Below, one piece after another: positions 25,131-37,650 of a stretch of DNA of 64,000 nt (its first letter is position 1; each line of letters starts with the position of its first letter). The notes beneath the pieces are model-generated. The model was not told where the DNA came from. It saw nothing but the letters and a program-made list of their open reading frames with translations, and ran no database searches. Source of the DNA: Nemertoderma westbladi (Eukaryota > Animalia > Xenacoelomorpha); assembly GCA_032718475.1 (NCBI GenBank), contig JAUCBJ010006710.1, positions 4,680-68,679 of the forward strand, read 5' to 3'. Position numbers and translations under genes: made by a program.

Positions 25131-26750
25131 TGTTGCCGTTATCCCAACACCAGGGGGGAAAAACGCCGATGCTGGAGACGTGACTTTACAGACCACTGAG
25201 CCCCGGCCAGTCACCGGATATTGATTTTGGAGAAGGAATGATTTCTGAGATGCAGGGTTGCGGTTGAGAAAAAGCTGCATTAGTTGGATATACTCTTTAA
25301 TGTAACTGAACTCTGTTGAACCTGGTCAACAATATTGAACCCTGTTGAACCCTGTTGAACCCTGATTAAGAATAATTTTGGGCTTCCCCAAATCAATATA
25401 CACCAAATATTCACAATAATTATACACGATAATATAAATCCCTACGGTATATTATTTAATTACCCACTGTTCGCTCAGATTTTAGCCTACCTAATGTTCC
25501 CCAGATTTTCCCTTGGTCCTAGTCTTAGTGCCGTAGTGTCGGTGTCGGTCGACCCTGTCGCGTGTCCGTTCCACCCCTCACGAACCCCGAAGGGAACGAT
25601 CATCGAGAACCAGCACGGCTTGGCTAAGGGTCGGTCCAGTCGGTAGACTCTGTCGCGTATCCGTACCGCCCCTCTCGAACCCCGAAGGGATCGGTCATCG
25701 AGAACCAATACGGCTTAGCTAGGAGTCTGTTGTGTCGGTGGACCCGTTCGCGTGTCCGTTCCACCCCTCACGAACCCCGAAGGGAACGATCATCGAGAAC
25801 CAGAACGGCTTGGCTAGGGGTCCGTCGGTTCATCGCAGAAACCCAACCACCTAGGCTTTCCGAGTCCCTTTCAGGCTCGTAGTCGCTTCAGCAGCCGAGA
25901 AACTGCTCCGAACAGTCGGTAGGCCAGTAGAGTCTAGTCCTTTGTCTTTCGACCCCATCGCGTGTCCGTTCCACCCCTCACGAACCCCGAAGGGAACGAT
26001 CATCGAGAACCAGTACGGCTTGGCTAAGGGGTCTGTCGTCGGTTCCCGTCGCAGATCCCGGTACAAGCAGTCAGCGTTCCGAGTTCTTTTCAGTCTCGTA
26101 GTAGCTGCTGTTGACCAGAGACCGCTAAGGGCAGTCCTCGTCAAACCCGTCCTGTGGCCAGCCCTTTCACATGTCCGTCCCACCCCTCGCGAACCCCGAA
26201 GGGATCGGTCATCGAGAACCAGTACGGCTTAGCTCAGGGGGCAGTCGTTAGTTGGCCACCCGTTCGCGTGTCCGCTCCATCCCTCACGAACCCCGAAGGG
26301 TTCGATCATCGAGAACCAGAACGGCTTGGCTACTAAGGGGCCATCGTTTCCCGTCGCAAATCCCTGACACAAGCAGTCAGCGGTCCGAGTTCTTTTCAGT
26401 CTCGTAATGGCTGCTGTTGGCCAGGGACCGCTAAGGGCAGTCCTTGTCCTTTAGGCCTGGCGCATTACCAAATCCACCCCTACAGGCAGCAGGAAGTTGG
26501 CCAGGGCCTAATAGTACTCAGGCTAACCTGAATACTGCTTGCATTTTCCATCCCCCCCTGGCCCTTATAACTATGAAATTATTCCCGTACCCTGTAAGTT
26601 GCCCCAAAGTTCGCCCATAAATCGCCCCCAGTTTATTGAATGTGCCCAAAACCCATGGTCCCGCACCCAGTAGTAATATCGGAATAATCAATTTTAAATA
26701 AATACAAAAATATTCAACTCGCGTTATGGAAAGTTGAAATACCGCGAACA
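25131..26750 (-). repeat. 3' LTR of element B
   Basis: About 99% identical to 37651-39270; preceded on the minus strand by a G-rich PPT. Confidence 0.97.
25551..26416 (-). ncRNA. Array of putative structured RNA elements in the U3 of LTR B: six K-turn/UUCG hairpins and three GAAA hairpins (also at 38071-38936)
   Basis: Repeated units with compensatory substitutions in stems, C(UUCG)G and GAAA loops on the element sense strand. Structure inferred by eye. Confidence 0.6.
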
Positions 26751-26762
26751 GTCCCCCCCAAT
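26751..26762 (-). promoter_or_regulatory. Polypurine tract of element B
   Basis: G run on the minus strand (plus strand GTCCCCCCCA) abutting the 3' LTR. Confidence 0.85.
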
Positions 26763-26954
26763 GACCTTCGTGAAGTCTGTCGGTCGATTGAGTTTGCGTA
26801 GGTCATTCCCAATATAAAAAACCCAAATTTAATATTGCATAGTTTTTAATTAATTTGGCCTAGAGTTTGTATAAAAATAAATGTTCGATAAATGTTCCTG
26901 GAATATCCCGATCCACTATTTCTTTCTCTGATACGCCTTTCGTCTCTTCGCCCG

Positions 26955-29515
26955 TCAACTCTCATCGATCGCTATGGCTGGTAGAGGAGCGTCAACATCC
27001 ATTGTGAGTAACGCTTCGGCTTGTCTCCTGGCGGCTCTTCCTTTCGATGGCATAGGGATCATGTCGGTTCGTCTTTCCAACTCAGATTTGCGTGCCTCTA
27101 GGAACCACTCTCCGTCACCGAACTCCTCTTTATACGAGTATAATCGTCTAATGACTTCAAATGGACCGAATAATCCGGCGCTCAGTAGCAGATCCACGTA
27201 ATGGAAAGGTAGCGTGGCCGACGTGTGGAGGCGTTCCGGGAAGGAGAAATACCCGCACGCCATCTCCTGCGCAATATTCCGAGTGTTTCTCCGAACCTTG
27301 GTCTTTAAGTGGCTGTTTGCGTATGTTTCAAAAATGACCATATTTCCCATAGCGGTAACGTCTTTGGTTGGACATTTGATATAGCAGCGGGGGCTAGAGG
27401 AATGTCCACGGAAACCGCACGTGGTGCAGAGGTTATATAGGATCGGACAGACGGAAACGTCGTGGCCCGAAGTCGCGCAGTATGGGCAATAGAGTATCCC
27501 GATGAGCTGGAGGCACGAATCGGTAACCCGATTCCTTCTACCGCGTGGGCACTGCTCCGAACCACAGTCGCCGCATACCTCCAACTGCATCTCTCGACCA
27601 GGAAATATCGGAATCGGGACGCCGACGTGATACTCGAGTCGTCGGTCGCTCTTCGGAATATTCGCGGTGGTCGGTAGCCCGCGGAATGCTAGGCTTTTGC
27701 GTAGTAGGTTCTCGCTCCGATAACCTTCTTTGTGTCCCGCTGGTCTCAACTCGGATGACCGTTTCTGGCGGTGGATCCATTCAGTTTGCTCGGCGTACCA
27801 ACAGGTTAGTCGCATAGGGTCCTGAGGAACGGCGGGTGTAGTAGCCACCGCTGGTCGGCGAAGAGGTGCCGGGGTTTTAGACGGAGGGATACCGAGGAGA
27901 TCGTCGGGGGTCGGCGCATCGCTGGGGCCCTCCTCGACCAGTATCGCTGAGCGGGTCCGTTGGTGGCTGGTACTCGGAATCTCCGACGACCAATCTTCGC
28001 CACCCGGGAAAGGATACGGGGATAACCGTTGGCATATGTCGCCGAAGTTGCTCAATGCAGCTGTAGTGGCTACCTCCCTCGCGGGGCTACCGGAGCCGCG
28101 TGGGGTGTAAACGCCTGCTCTCTTCATCGGTTCGGCCGAGGCAACCCGTTTGGCGGCCGGTCCATACGCGGCCTCCGGCTCGAGTTGTCGCTTCGGGGTG
28201 GAGAGTAGAACACCCTCGTTTAGCCATATCTCTTCCCCTTCCGAAGAGATCAGAGGCTCCTCCGCACTGAGAAGTTCGGTAATCGTAGGGATGTCGTAAG
28301 GCCCGCTCTCGTCCCAGGAATCGATAACGGCGAGCGTTTTAGTCTCTCCCGGTGCGATGTTCTCGACCGCTTTGAACGCGTGGTGTATGACCTCGTTCCA
28401 GTCGTAGTCGACGAAGGAAAGGGGGACCGCCGTAATAAGGTTATCGAGAGTTTTACAGATAAACTTAGCGACGGTGTAGCACTCCATAACGACGTAAACG
28501 TAGTTCCGTCGATCGGGATTCTCCCACCTTTGGTGTATCGTCCACTTCCGATCAACGTCCTTCCATCGACCCTCTCGCTCGCTCTTTATTTCTAATCCCG
28601 GGTATCCACCATATATTTTATTATAGTCCCGGAATTTCTGGGGTTTGAAGTCGATACCGCCGTTTAGCACAGCAAGGTAGCCGATCCCGGATTTCGTCGG
28701 TCTCACCTCTTGGAATCCTCGCATGAACTCGGCGAATCGTAACCAGGCTAGTAGCGTTTGAGTGTCGATGCAATGGCTAAGGGTGTTGAGGTCCTCTCGT
28801 CGGTTAATTCCTGCAGGAGCGTTCGCGAAGTCGTTCCGGACGTCCGCCTTGATATCTGACCCGATTTTAATGACGTCGAAGTCGAAGAGGATCTTTTGGA
28901 TTTCCGCAGGTAGCAACCAGATCGCTCCGGCTGCCTGCACTTCCTGTCTGGGTGTCGGGAATATTCGGCACACCAGTACCAAACCGTCCAGGGTTCCGAG
29001 GACGACGGCTAAGGATCGACCATATTCTTTCGCCCCGTACTTTCCTGGTAGTCGTCTCGGTTCTGGATAATCGATACGCGTTCCTCTCGAAGCGTCGCCG
29101 TACACTCCGACAGGTTTCCCCAGTGGGTGAGGTACGTACTCTTGTCGTCGACGAAACTTTGACATCTCGCCAACGTAATCGCTTTTGAGGTGGGCGTCGC
29201 GTTTCCCTCGTTGTCGTAGATTAAACATCGGGATCTGTAGACGCTCTGCCGGAACGTTTCCCAAAACGACGAATCGTCCCCTCCGGTTGCCTTTGCGTTC
29301 CGAGTTCTTTTCAGTCTCGTACTAGCATCGGCTAACCGGAGGGCTCGTAGATTCTTGGAATCCGGTCCCTCTCGCCCGGTGAATTTAATGACTCGCACGT
29401 TCTCATTTAGCAGGGTGCTCCAATTTGTATCAAAGTCAGGGGATCCAGGTTGCGAATATTCCAGTAGATCTATCGTGTTACGTAATTCGCCGATAATTTA
29501 GCGATTTGGGTCCAT
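26955..29515 (-). pseudogene. Element B accessory gene: DEDDy-like 3'-5' exonuclease plus triple zinc knuckle (one early stop, one frameshift)
   Basis: ATG at 29515 (MDPNR*IIGEL) is in frame with CLIYDNEG (Exo I). The second frame has LPAEIQKILFDFDVIKIGSDIKAD (Exo II), CIDTQ, SGIGYLA, YVVMECY (Exo III), then CGDC, CPYC..H..C, CTTC..GH. Confidence 0.75.
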
Positions 29516-30067
29516 ATTTACGATTATATTCGTTACAAATTAGATCAGTTAATTATAAGTCCAGAAAGTCTGAAACTATAGCGATAGCAGAATAATTCAG
29601 TTTTTTATTTAATTCAGTTTATTAATAACATTGCTATATAGGCATCTATCATCTTATTGCTAATACATTCAGCATTTACAGTTACTATAACTATACATTA
29701 ATATCCAACCAGTTTTTTATGACTTTTTTTGTCCTTTTCTTTTTTCCAATTCCTTTCTTTAGACTTTTTTATACCTTTTTTTTGTCTTTTTTCATTTCAT
29801 TATTATTTCATCTCATTTCATTTATTTCCACATATATTTCAACACATTTATTTCCACCATTTATTTCACATTTATTTATTTCCACATCATCATTGGGTTT
29901 ATAGCCCCCCGGCTATCATCATTTGTTATAAGCACAACACCAGGGTGCGCATCATTACATTTTCATCAGTATACGCGTCATCATTCAGGTTTATAGTAGA
30001 GTTGTCTGATCCTTTTCATCGTTTCCAACTATATTCAATCATTTTCTTTGGTTAATCTTTGTCGTGG

Positions 30068-30490
30068 AAGGGGTGTTACGCGGCAATCTGGGATCTACAG
30101 CTGGACTCGTTACACCGCCTACGCCCCAAACTGCGCACGTAACGGACAATGAAGACGCTAGGAGTGAAGTCACGTGGATGCACCAGGGACCCACCAGAAT
30201 AACACTCCCAACAACATAAAGCTCAGTCGACGAAGTCATGTGGGATGGGGTTACGCAACATTCTGGGATCTACAGCTGGACTCGTTACACCGCCTACGCC
30301 CCAAAATCCACGCAACGGTCCCACCAGAATAACGCGACTGAGAAACATAAAACCCTCTATCGTCGAAGTCATGTGGATGCACCATGGACCCACCAGAATA
30401 ATGGGATAGAGGGGGTGTTGCGCGGCAATCCGGGATCTACAGCTGGACTCGTTACACCGCCTACGCCCCGAACTGCGCATGCAACGGACA
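30068..30490 (-). repeat. Three ~170-180-bp tandem units with an invariant core between integrase and the accessory gene of B
   Basis: GGGATCTACAGCTGGACTCGTTACACCGCCTACGCCCC occurs three times exactly. Confidence 0.9.
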
Positions 30491-30764
30491 ACATAACATA
30501 CTGCAATGAATACAATGAATTCCACTTCAAATCTTTTCCATTTCCAATAATCCAATATCATTGGTCCCGATGACCAAAATCAGGGTAAACAATACATAAA
30601 CGACCCTGCGTCAGTCGAAACATCTGCAGGGTGATGCTGGACTCCACATAACACACGAGGAAACACAAATACCATTGCGTGGTTACAGTTGGTTTAAGGG
30701 GGGTCCATAATTCGTTGTCGATAAATCACAGTTAAAAAGAGTTTGTCAACATGATGAGAAGGGT

Positions 30765-33700
30765 TTAAACGCATTTGTAATTGTCACCAATGTCCACAGC
30801 AGGATCTTGAGTAGGGATCTTATCACCTCTCGTAGAATCACCGCTATCATTGCCTTCAAGAAGGCACAGCCTCTGGATAGGGCGTTGGTAGTGGCCCGAT
30901 TTCGTTCGTATCGTCACAGTCCTCGCAAGTCCGTCTTTGCTTGGGTGTATGGTCACGACCCGCGCCACAGGCCAGTGAACGCGGTCTTTGAGATCTTCTT
31001 TAACTAGTACCATGTCACCAACTGCGACGTTCCGGTAGGTGTTGTTCCATTTCCTCCTGGTCCGGAGGGTTATGAGGTACTCCTGGGCCCAAATCTCTTT
31101 TCTCTTTCTCTCTTTCTCCTCCCACAAAGTTTGTACCATTATCGGAATACATGTGGCGGCATGTCCCATTGTTCGCCACGAACCGACGCAGAGCGTTGAT
31201 GAATGCGTGTTGTGTCAGATTTACCACGATATCTAGGTAAATTGCCCTAGACCTTAGGCAGGTGAAGATGGCTCCCCAGCATTTGATGTTGGATCGTCGT
31301 TCAATAACCGTGAACGGTCCGAAACAGTCCACTCCGGTGGCGTAGAATGGTGGGGAATCCGCTTGTAGATGGGTGGCTGGTAAGTCGGCCATCTTTTGGG
31401 TGATTGGTGGCGCTAGGTAACGTCTGCAGGTGAAGCAACGTTTCAACACTTTCCGGATCAGTGGCTGGATGTGGGTGATCCAATATCTTTGTCTTATATT
31501 AGCTATAATCCAATTCTGTCCTGCGTGGTGGTTGTCCTCGTGACATTGTAGAATTAATAGCTTAGCTAGTGTCGACGTTCCGGGCAGAAGCGCCGGGTAT
31601 TTAACCTCATATTCGACCGGGGCATTTGCCATCCGGGTATTCAGTCGGATCAGTCCGTCCTCTCCCATCATTGGTCTCAGTTGGTGGACTGGGCTGTCCG
31701 GTTTCAACGTTTTGCCCGCACTAAGTTGTTCCCATTCGTCGGGGAAACTTTCTTTCTGGACATATCTAACAATACACTTCTCCGCGATAATGAGTTCTTG
31801 TATATTCCGTTGAACTATCGGTTTGTTGTTTTTCCACCGTAGGAAGTTGCGAAGGGTTATAACGTGATGGACGAGCCGTCTCATGGATGAAGTTCGCTCG
31901 ATCAACCGATGTAAAGACGCTGCTAGTTGAGTGATCGTCGCGACGTTATAGTGCCTGCCCGAGTCCTTTGCAGGCTCAGTCAGACAACTATAAATTTCCA
32001 CCGCGTTGCTTCGATGGATTTTACGGATCTCTTTATCGTCCTCGGAGTATTTTCCGCTATCGAGCTCGGGGTCGAATCGGGTACTCCATGTTAATTGTGG
32101 CTGCCGTAGGAATTCCGGGCCTGTAAGCCAGAGTTTACTTTTACCGAGTTGTTTTGGGGTGGCGCCTCGGCTTGATAAGTCCGCTGGGTTTTCCTTCCCG
32201 TTCACGTGATGCCACTGTTCTCGGCCGGTACACTGTTTAATCTCCGTGGCTCGGTTTGCAACAAACGTGGTGTGACGCTGTGATGGAGAGTGGAGATAAT
32301 AGAGAACTATACTCGAATCTACCCAGAAGTGTTGAGATTCTATGGGGATCCGTAGGTTCCGCATGACCATGCGATTCTGTCTTACTGCCCAAACTGCAGC
32401 TTGTAGCTCGAGTCTCGGAATCATTGCTACGAATTCCCCGGATACTGTCTTTGCTTTGGAGAATAAGAAGCTTGTATCGCCGTTTCCATCGTTACTTAGT
32501 CTCCGTAAGAAGGTGACTACGCCGATTCCGGTATTCGAAGCATCCGAAAAGGTATGGAGCTGGAAGATATCGGTGGGCAGTTTATCGAGGAAGAACGGTC
32601 TAGGTATCCGCATAAGATGTAGGTGTTCGAGCTGCTCCGTCCATTTTCTCCATTTGACGCTGAGGTATGGGGGGAGCTCTTCGTCCCATCCCAGTCCTTC
32701 TATCCACATTTCCTTAATCAGGTTCATTCCGGCCAAGGTTACTGGAGATATGAAATTTAGTGGGTCGAAGATGGCGCTTTTTATCGACAAACATCCCCTT
32801 TTTGTCATAGGCTTGGGTAGGGGTTTATACTTGAAGATGAATTCATCTGATTCTATGTCCCATTCAATCCCGAGTACACGATGTTCCACATCCTCCGAAT
32901 ACATTTTGTTATTTTCCAGCCGGATGTCCTCCGGAAACTTTTCCATAAGTGTTTTGTCGTGGGATCTGAACTTCACGAGCGGAAACCCTCCTTTCTTTAG
33001 ACATTCTACCATCCCCATTGCTAGCCGATATGCCTCATCCACATTATCCGCACCGGCGCATCCGTCGTCCACGTAGAAGCATCGTCGAATGGTTTCTATG
33101 ACGGTTGGAGGGAACTCGTTTTCGCACATAGTTGCCGTCCTCTTTAGCATGTCATTGCATGCTACCGGCGAGTCCTTAGCGCCGAAGATCCTGACGACCA
33201 TACGCATTACGTCTACGTCCTTTATCGTGAGTTGGCTAATCTCCTGTTGAGTAAGCGTTTTATCCGTCCATAGGATACGTAGACAGTCCGAGTCTCTTGG
33301 TAACGTACGAACTTGATGAAACATGGCCTTGATGTCACAGGTGAATGCTACCCGGTTTTCCCTGAACCTGATCAATACGCCAATGAGTGTGCTATATATG
33401 TTGGGTCCCGTGTAAAGTTGACTGTTTAGGGATTCGCCCTGGTACATAGCGGCAGCATCATTTACCACTCAGATTTTCCCACCTTTGCGGGCTTCTACTA
33501 CATAGTGGGTTGGGAGGTAATATGTTCTTTTACCACCTTGCAGTTCATTCCATGGTACCATTTCTGCTAATCCATCATCGAGATATCCTTGGATTACGGT
33601 ATTATATTTCTCCTTTATCTCGGGTTGGTCATTCAGCCGGCGTAGAATCCCTTTAAGTCGCCTAAGTGCCATGCTGGTGTTGTTTGCCATTGGTTTGTTT

Positions 33701-36700
33701 GGGTCCTTCCATAACATAGGTGAACACCAGTGTCCGTCTTTAAACGTGGCCTGGTCGAGAACGTCCATACAATATTGGTCCTCTTCGGATGGGTTTTCGT
33801 CCTTTTCCGCGAACTCCTGGGTCTCCAAATTAAAATATTTCGTCATCTCTCGTTGGGTTTTCTCGGTTTCCAGAAACAAATCCTTGTCAAAATCCGAAGC
33901 TGAGCAATAACCCACGGAGGTTGCATTCTCTTTAATCTGGCATTTGGGAAGGTAGGTATAGGTGTCTGTAGTTTCCTCCTTAATGCCGCAGAGTGTCCAT
34001 CCCATTATTGTTCGTTCAGCATAAAATCCGTCATCCTGGTTTATAGATCGGGCGATATCTCCGGTGGGGATGTGTAGTTCCGGTGTATCAAGTCCGATCA
34101 GTAGGGTGATGCGGTTTACGTCCAACTGCGGACACCTCAGGTCTACATCGTCTCGGTCCAATTGTATGAGGGGGGCGTACTCGGCTGATTGTCGGAACCG
34201 CACCCGGAGGTCTGTGTGTACCAAGGCGTTCTTGATGGTTAACTTAGCCGTTTCGTAGCCCTTCATCACTCCTTCCATCTGGAGTTGCACCTCCCCGGAC
34301 TCTACCTCTCTGTTATCGGTGATGGTTTGTATGGGCCGTTTACAAGGTTCATATTCTAGGCCGAGTTGCTCAAGGAAATCCCGGTCGATGATGGTTCCGT
34401 CGGACCCGTTATCGAGGAACGCGAGTGTCGTCAAAGATTTGCCGACTCCTTGGATCCTTACTGGGATTACCTTTGCGAAGACCATGTAGCGGCGATTTAT
34501 AAGATTGATCGTGGCCGAAATATTTGTTACTTGTGGTGTATCGGTGGAGATTTTAAACGGGTTGGTTTCTCTCCGTTGGGTTGTCCGGGTTCCTTTGAAG
34601 ACGTGGTTTGTTTCTCCTCTTCGCCTGGCTTCGATCCGAAAGGGGAGGGTAGTAAAATCGAAGTTCGCGGGGATGTGGAGGAGCGTGTGATGGCGTTGGT
34701 CGTTACAGACAGCACAGCATGATCTTTGGTCGCACTCCCGAACATAGTGACCTGTTCCAAGACACCGGAAGCATCCTCGGTGTTTCATTATCGCCTCGAA
34801 GCGTGGGACGAGTTCGGCGAACTGAAACTTTCTGCAGAATTCCACTTTATGTTTCTCCCAACAGAAGAGACAGAGCAGGGAATTTGTGATGCCTTCCCTT
34901 TCGGGTGCCCAACTCGCGAGATAACATGCCCATTCCTCGGCGGATGTCGGCTCCTCGTAGTCTTCGTCGTCGGAATCCTCGGCCATGGTGATGGCCATCG
35001 TACTCACCGGTGGGGGGCGGAATCTCGGTTTCGGAGGGGTTATCTTACTCCTGGAGTTGCTTTCTATTCCGTCCAACTTTGCGAGACTCTGTTTTGAAAA
35101 CATCAAGTCATTCATGGCTTCGGAGATATCGTCCAGGAATGCCGACATTTCAAGGAAGCTAGGATCTCGATCTGGATGTCTGCGCCGGAGATCTACACAT
35201 TTATAAGCCCACTTACTTTGTAGCCATCCGGGGAACTTCCGGGCGATCCGTCGGAGGTTTAGAATGTTGTTCACCTGGTCCTCCTTATTTAAGGGTTTCA
35301 GAGTATAGTAGGCATCCTTCATAGAGTCGGAGAATTCCTGTATGTTCTGTGGGTCCCCTAGTGATCCCGCGTCCTGTATCAGTCTCTCTAGAGTTTTATT
35401 AATTATAGTTCCGGTATTTCCGTATCTTTTATCTAGAGTTTTCCATGCGTCATAGTATGCCTCATGAGAACCTCCTTCAAAACATGCAATAATTCTGCGT
35501 GGTTTGTCACCCAGGTATTGCGATAAATATACCAATTTCTGTGCGTCGGCTATGTCCGTTGATCCGATCTGCGCAAAGAACCGTTTCTTGAATCTGAGGT
35601 AATCGACGGGATCTCCTTCGAAGGTGCGAATCTCCATCTTAGGCATGGCAAGGCGGTTCTCCAACGCCCGGATGATGCTGACGTCGTCTGAACTAGAGTG
35701 ACTCGGAGGGTTATAGTTATTGGCACTCACTCCCATACTTGATGGATCAATAATAGGTGGAGTTTTAATAATGACGCGGCTACGAGTTTGTGGTGTGGAT
35801 GTAAATGGGTTGTTAGATCGGGGAGTGGCGTCCCGTTCCGAGTCCCTTTCAGGCTCGTACTTGGGTACACTCGCTGTCGTGGTGTTGGATGGGAAATAAG
35901 GTTCCTCATTCTTTAGCGTAGCCGGTGGGGGATGGAACACCGGGGCTTGTGCCGATAGCGTAGACTGTTTGGTAGGCGGGATCTCGGGTTTCGGAAGTTT
36001 CACCGCTGTTGGTGTAAATGACTTTTCTAACTCCGGTACCGGGATTGGTTCATATTCCTGATCTATATCCCTTTCCCAGTCCTCGTAGAGTTGAATATCT
36101 CGTTCTATAAGTGCGGCTTCGTATTCCGCGAGTTTTGCAATATCCGCATTCTTTTTGTGGATGAGAATTGCTTGGGCCTCGGCGTGTTGTTTACTCATTT
36201 CTGCTTCCCATTTACGTTGTTCGATCTCTCGTTCGGCCTCTCGTCCGCGTTGTTCGGCCTCCTGTTTGCGTTGTTCGGCCTGTCGTTCGTCCTCTCGTCT
36301 ACGTTGTTCGATCTCTCGTTCGGCCTCTCGTCCGCGTTGTTCGGCCTCCTGTTTGCGTTGTTCGGCCTGCCGTTCGTCCTCTCGTCTATGTTGTTCGGCC
36401 TGCCGTTCGTCCTCTCGTTTACGTTGTTCGGCCTGCCGTTCGTCCTCTCGTCTATGTTGTTCGGCCTCCTGTTCGCGTTGTTCGGCCTGCCGTTCGGCCT
36501 CTCGTCTATGTTGTTCGGCCTCCTGTTCACGTTGTTCGGCCTGCCGTTCGGCCGCTTGTTCGGCCTCTCGCTTTTGTGTTTCGGCGGCTAATACATCTTG
36601 CTCGGCTTGCAGTTGAATATACTCATCTTCCATCCGAGCTTTGAGGGCTAATGCCTTCCGTTCTCGGAGTTGGTCTCGGAGTGGCGGCGCCCCTTGAGAA

Positions 36701-37212
36701 CTGCGCGCTGATCCGGATATCTCGCTCCTAGCGCTGGAGTGCTGATTTCTAGCGGACCCCGTTCTCTTTCGATGTACTGCTGTCCTGATGCTGGAGGATC
36801 GTACCGATTCCGCATCTGTTCTTTCGGCCCTCTTGTAATACTGTTCTTCATAGCCTCTCACAAGGCTGAGGGTCCTCCGGTGTTGTTTGCGGAACCCATC
36901 TAGATGTACAACGTGTTCTTCCAACTTGGGGTAGTTTTCCTGATCAGTGGAGGGAACGAGCTCTTGGTACGCCTGTATCATTCTTTCGTACCGCTGTAGG
37001 ATATTTCGGATACTTTGAAGCTGAGTTTGTACCTCATTGAGGGGGGTTTTGACTCCCTTGAGTTGTTTCTCCATCCGTTGATACGCTCGGGTTACTCCCC
37101 CTTTGAGAGCCCCTAGCCGACGGGTCATGTTCTTGACGTTTGGTACCTCGTCGGCTTCCGAGTCTGTGTGGTGATCCATCTCGTCGGTATCGGATACGTT
37201 ATTTGTCGTCAT
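30765..37212 (-). pseudogene. gag-pol: Element B Gag-Pol polyprotein (in-frame TGA at 33469-33471; internal deletion/frameshift in integrase near 31110)
   Basis: TFEGDPVDY, triple knuckle, AFLDNGS, CDIKAMFHQV, FYVDD, FSDAS, IPRLEL, NPAD, HAG..CFTC, VDCFGP, SDNGTNF, then a jump to WAQEYL..WPVARV..RPIQRLCLLE. The segment with the catalytic Glu is missing. Confidence 0.92.
36200..36570 (-). repeat. Coding tandem repeats (EAEQ/ERQAEQ coiled coil) in gag of B
   Basis: Tandem 21-75-bp units in the DNA and an E/Q/R-rich translation. Confidence 0.85.
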
Positions 37213-37650
37213 TGTAATGCCTCGTCGATAGCTAGATACGCGATGTCATAAAACAGTTCCTCGTAGGTATTGTACTCAGCTTGGACCACCCGAACGGTAA
37301 TCCTGAATCGTCCGACGTTCGTTCCTTGTACTTCAACTTCGACGTGCCAGATTCCTGGCTCAACTTGGATTATATCAATGGGTGTGATCGATACTTCCAT
37401 TCCCTGTTAACAACTCTCCAAATATGTGATCTGCCGACTACGAGTTGGTTAGATCGAGTTTGTTGATTAATTAAACCACGACTTTGTCTCAACTCAAATA
37501 CCAGAGTTTCCTCGTAGTGGGTGCTGGCAAGCACGTAGAGAGTTTTGAAGAGTATTGAAGGATTCTCAACTTCCACCAGTTGAAGTTGACCGTAATTATT
37601 CTTAATTTTGACACCCTGTCAAAATTAACCGCATTAATTATTCTTAATTT

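Noticed and set aside
25551-26345. SECIS elements (AUGA/GA quartet in a 3' UTR)
   Set aside because: The upper helix is only ~7 bp and capped by UUCG, with no apical AA; it fits a generic K-turn better.
25551-26416. CRISPR-like repeat-spacer array
   Set aside because: Units are ~80 bp and divergent, spacers are irregular and themselves repeated, the array is inside a eukaryotic LTR, and there are no cas genes.
25855-26416. Hammerhead ribozymes (CUGA...GAA)
   Set aside because: The CUGANGA/GAAA core and three-stem junction are not satisfied; GAAA sits as a tetraloop.
33469-33471. Programmed gag-pol readthrough in B
   Set aside because: The stop is inside the RT motif K(I/V)RVV, consistent with CGA-to-TGA decay; BEL/Pao elements normally have one ORF.
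36091-36644. Antisense repetitive ORFs (also 56870-57352)
   Set aside because: Shadow frames of gag coiled-coil repeats.
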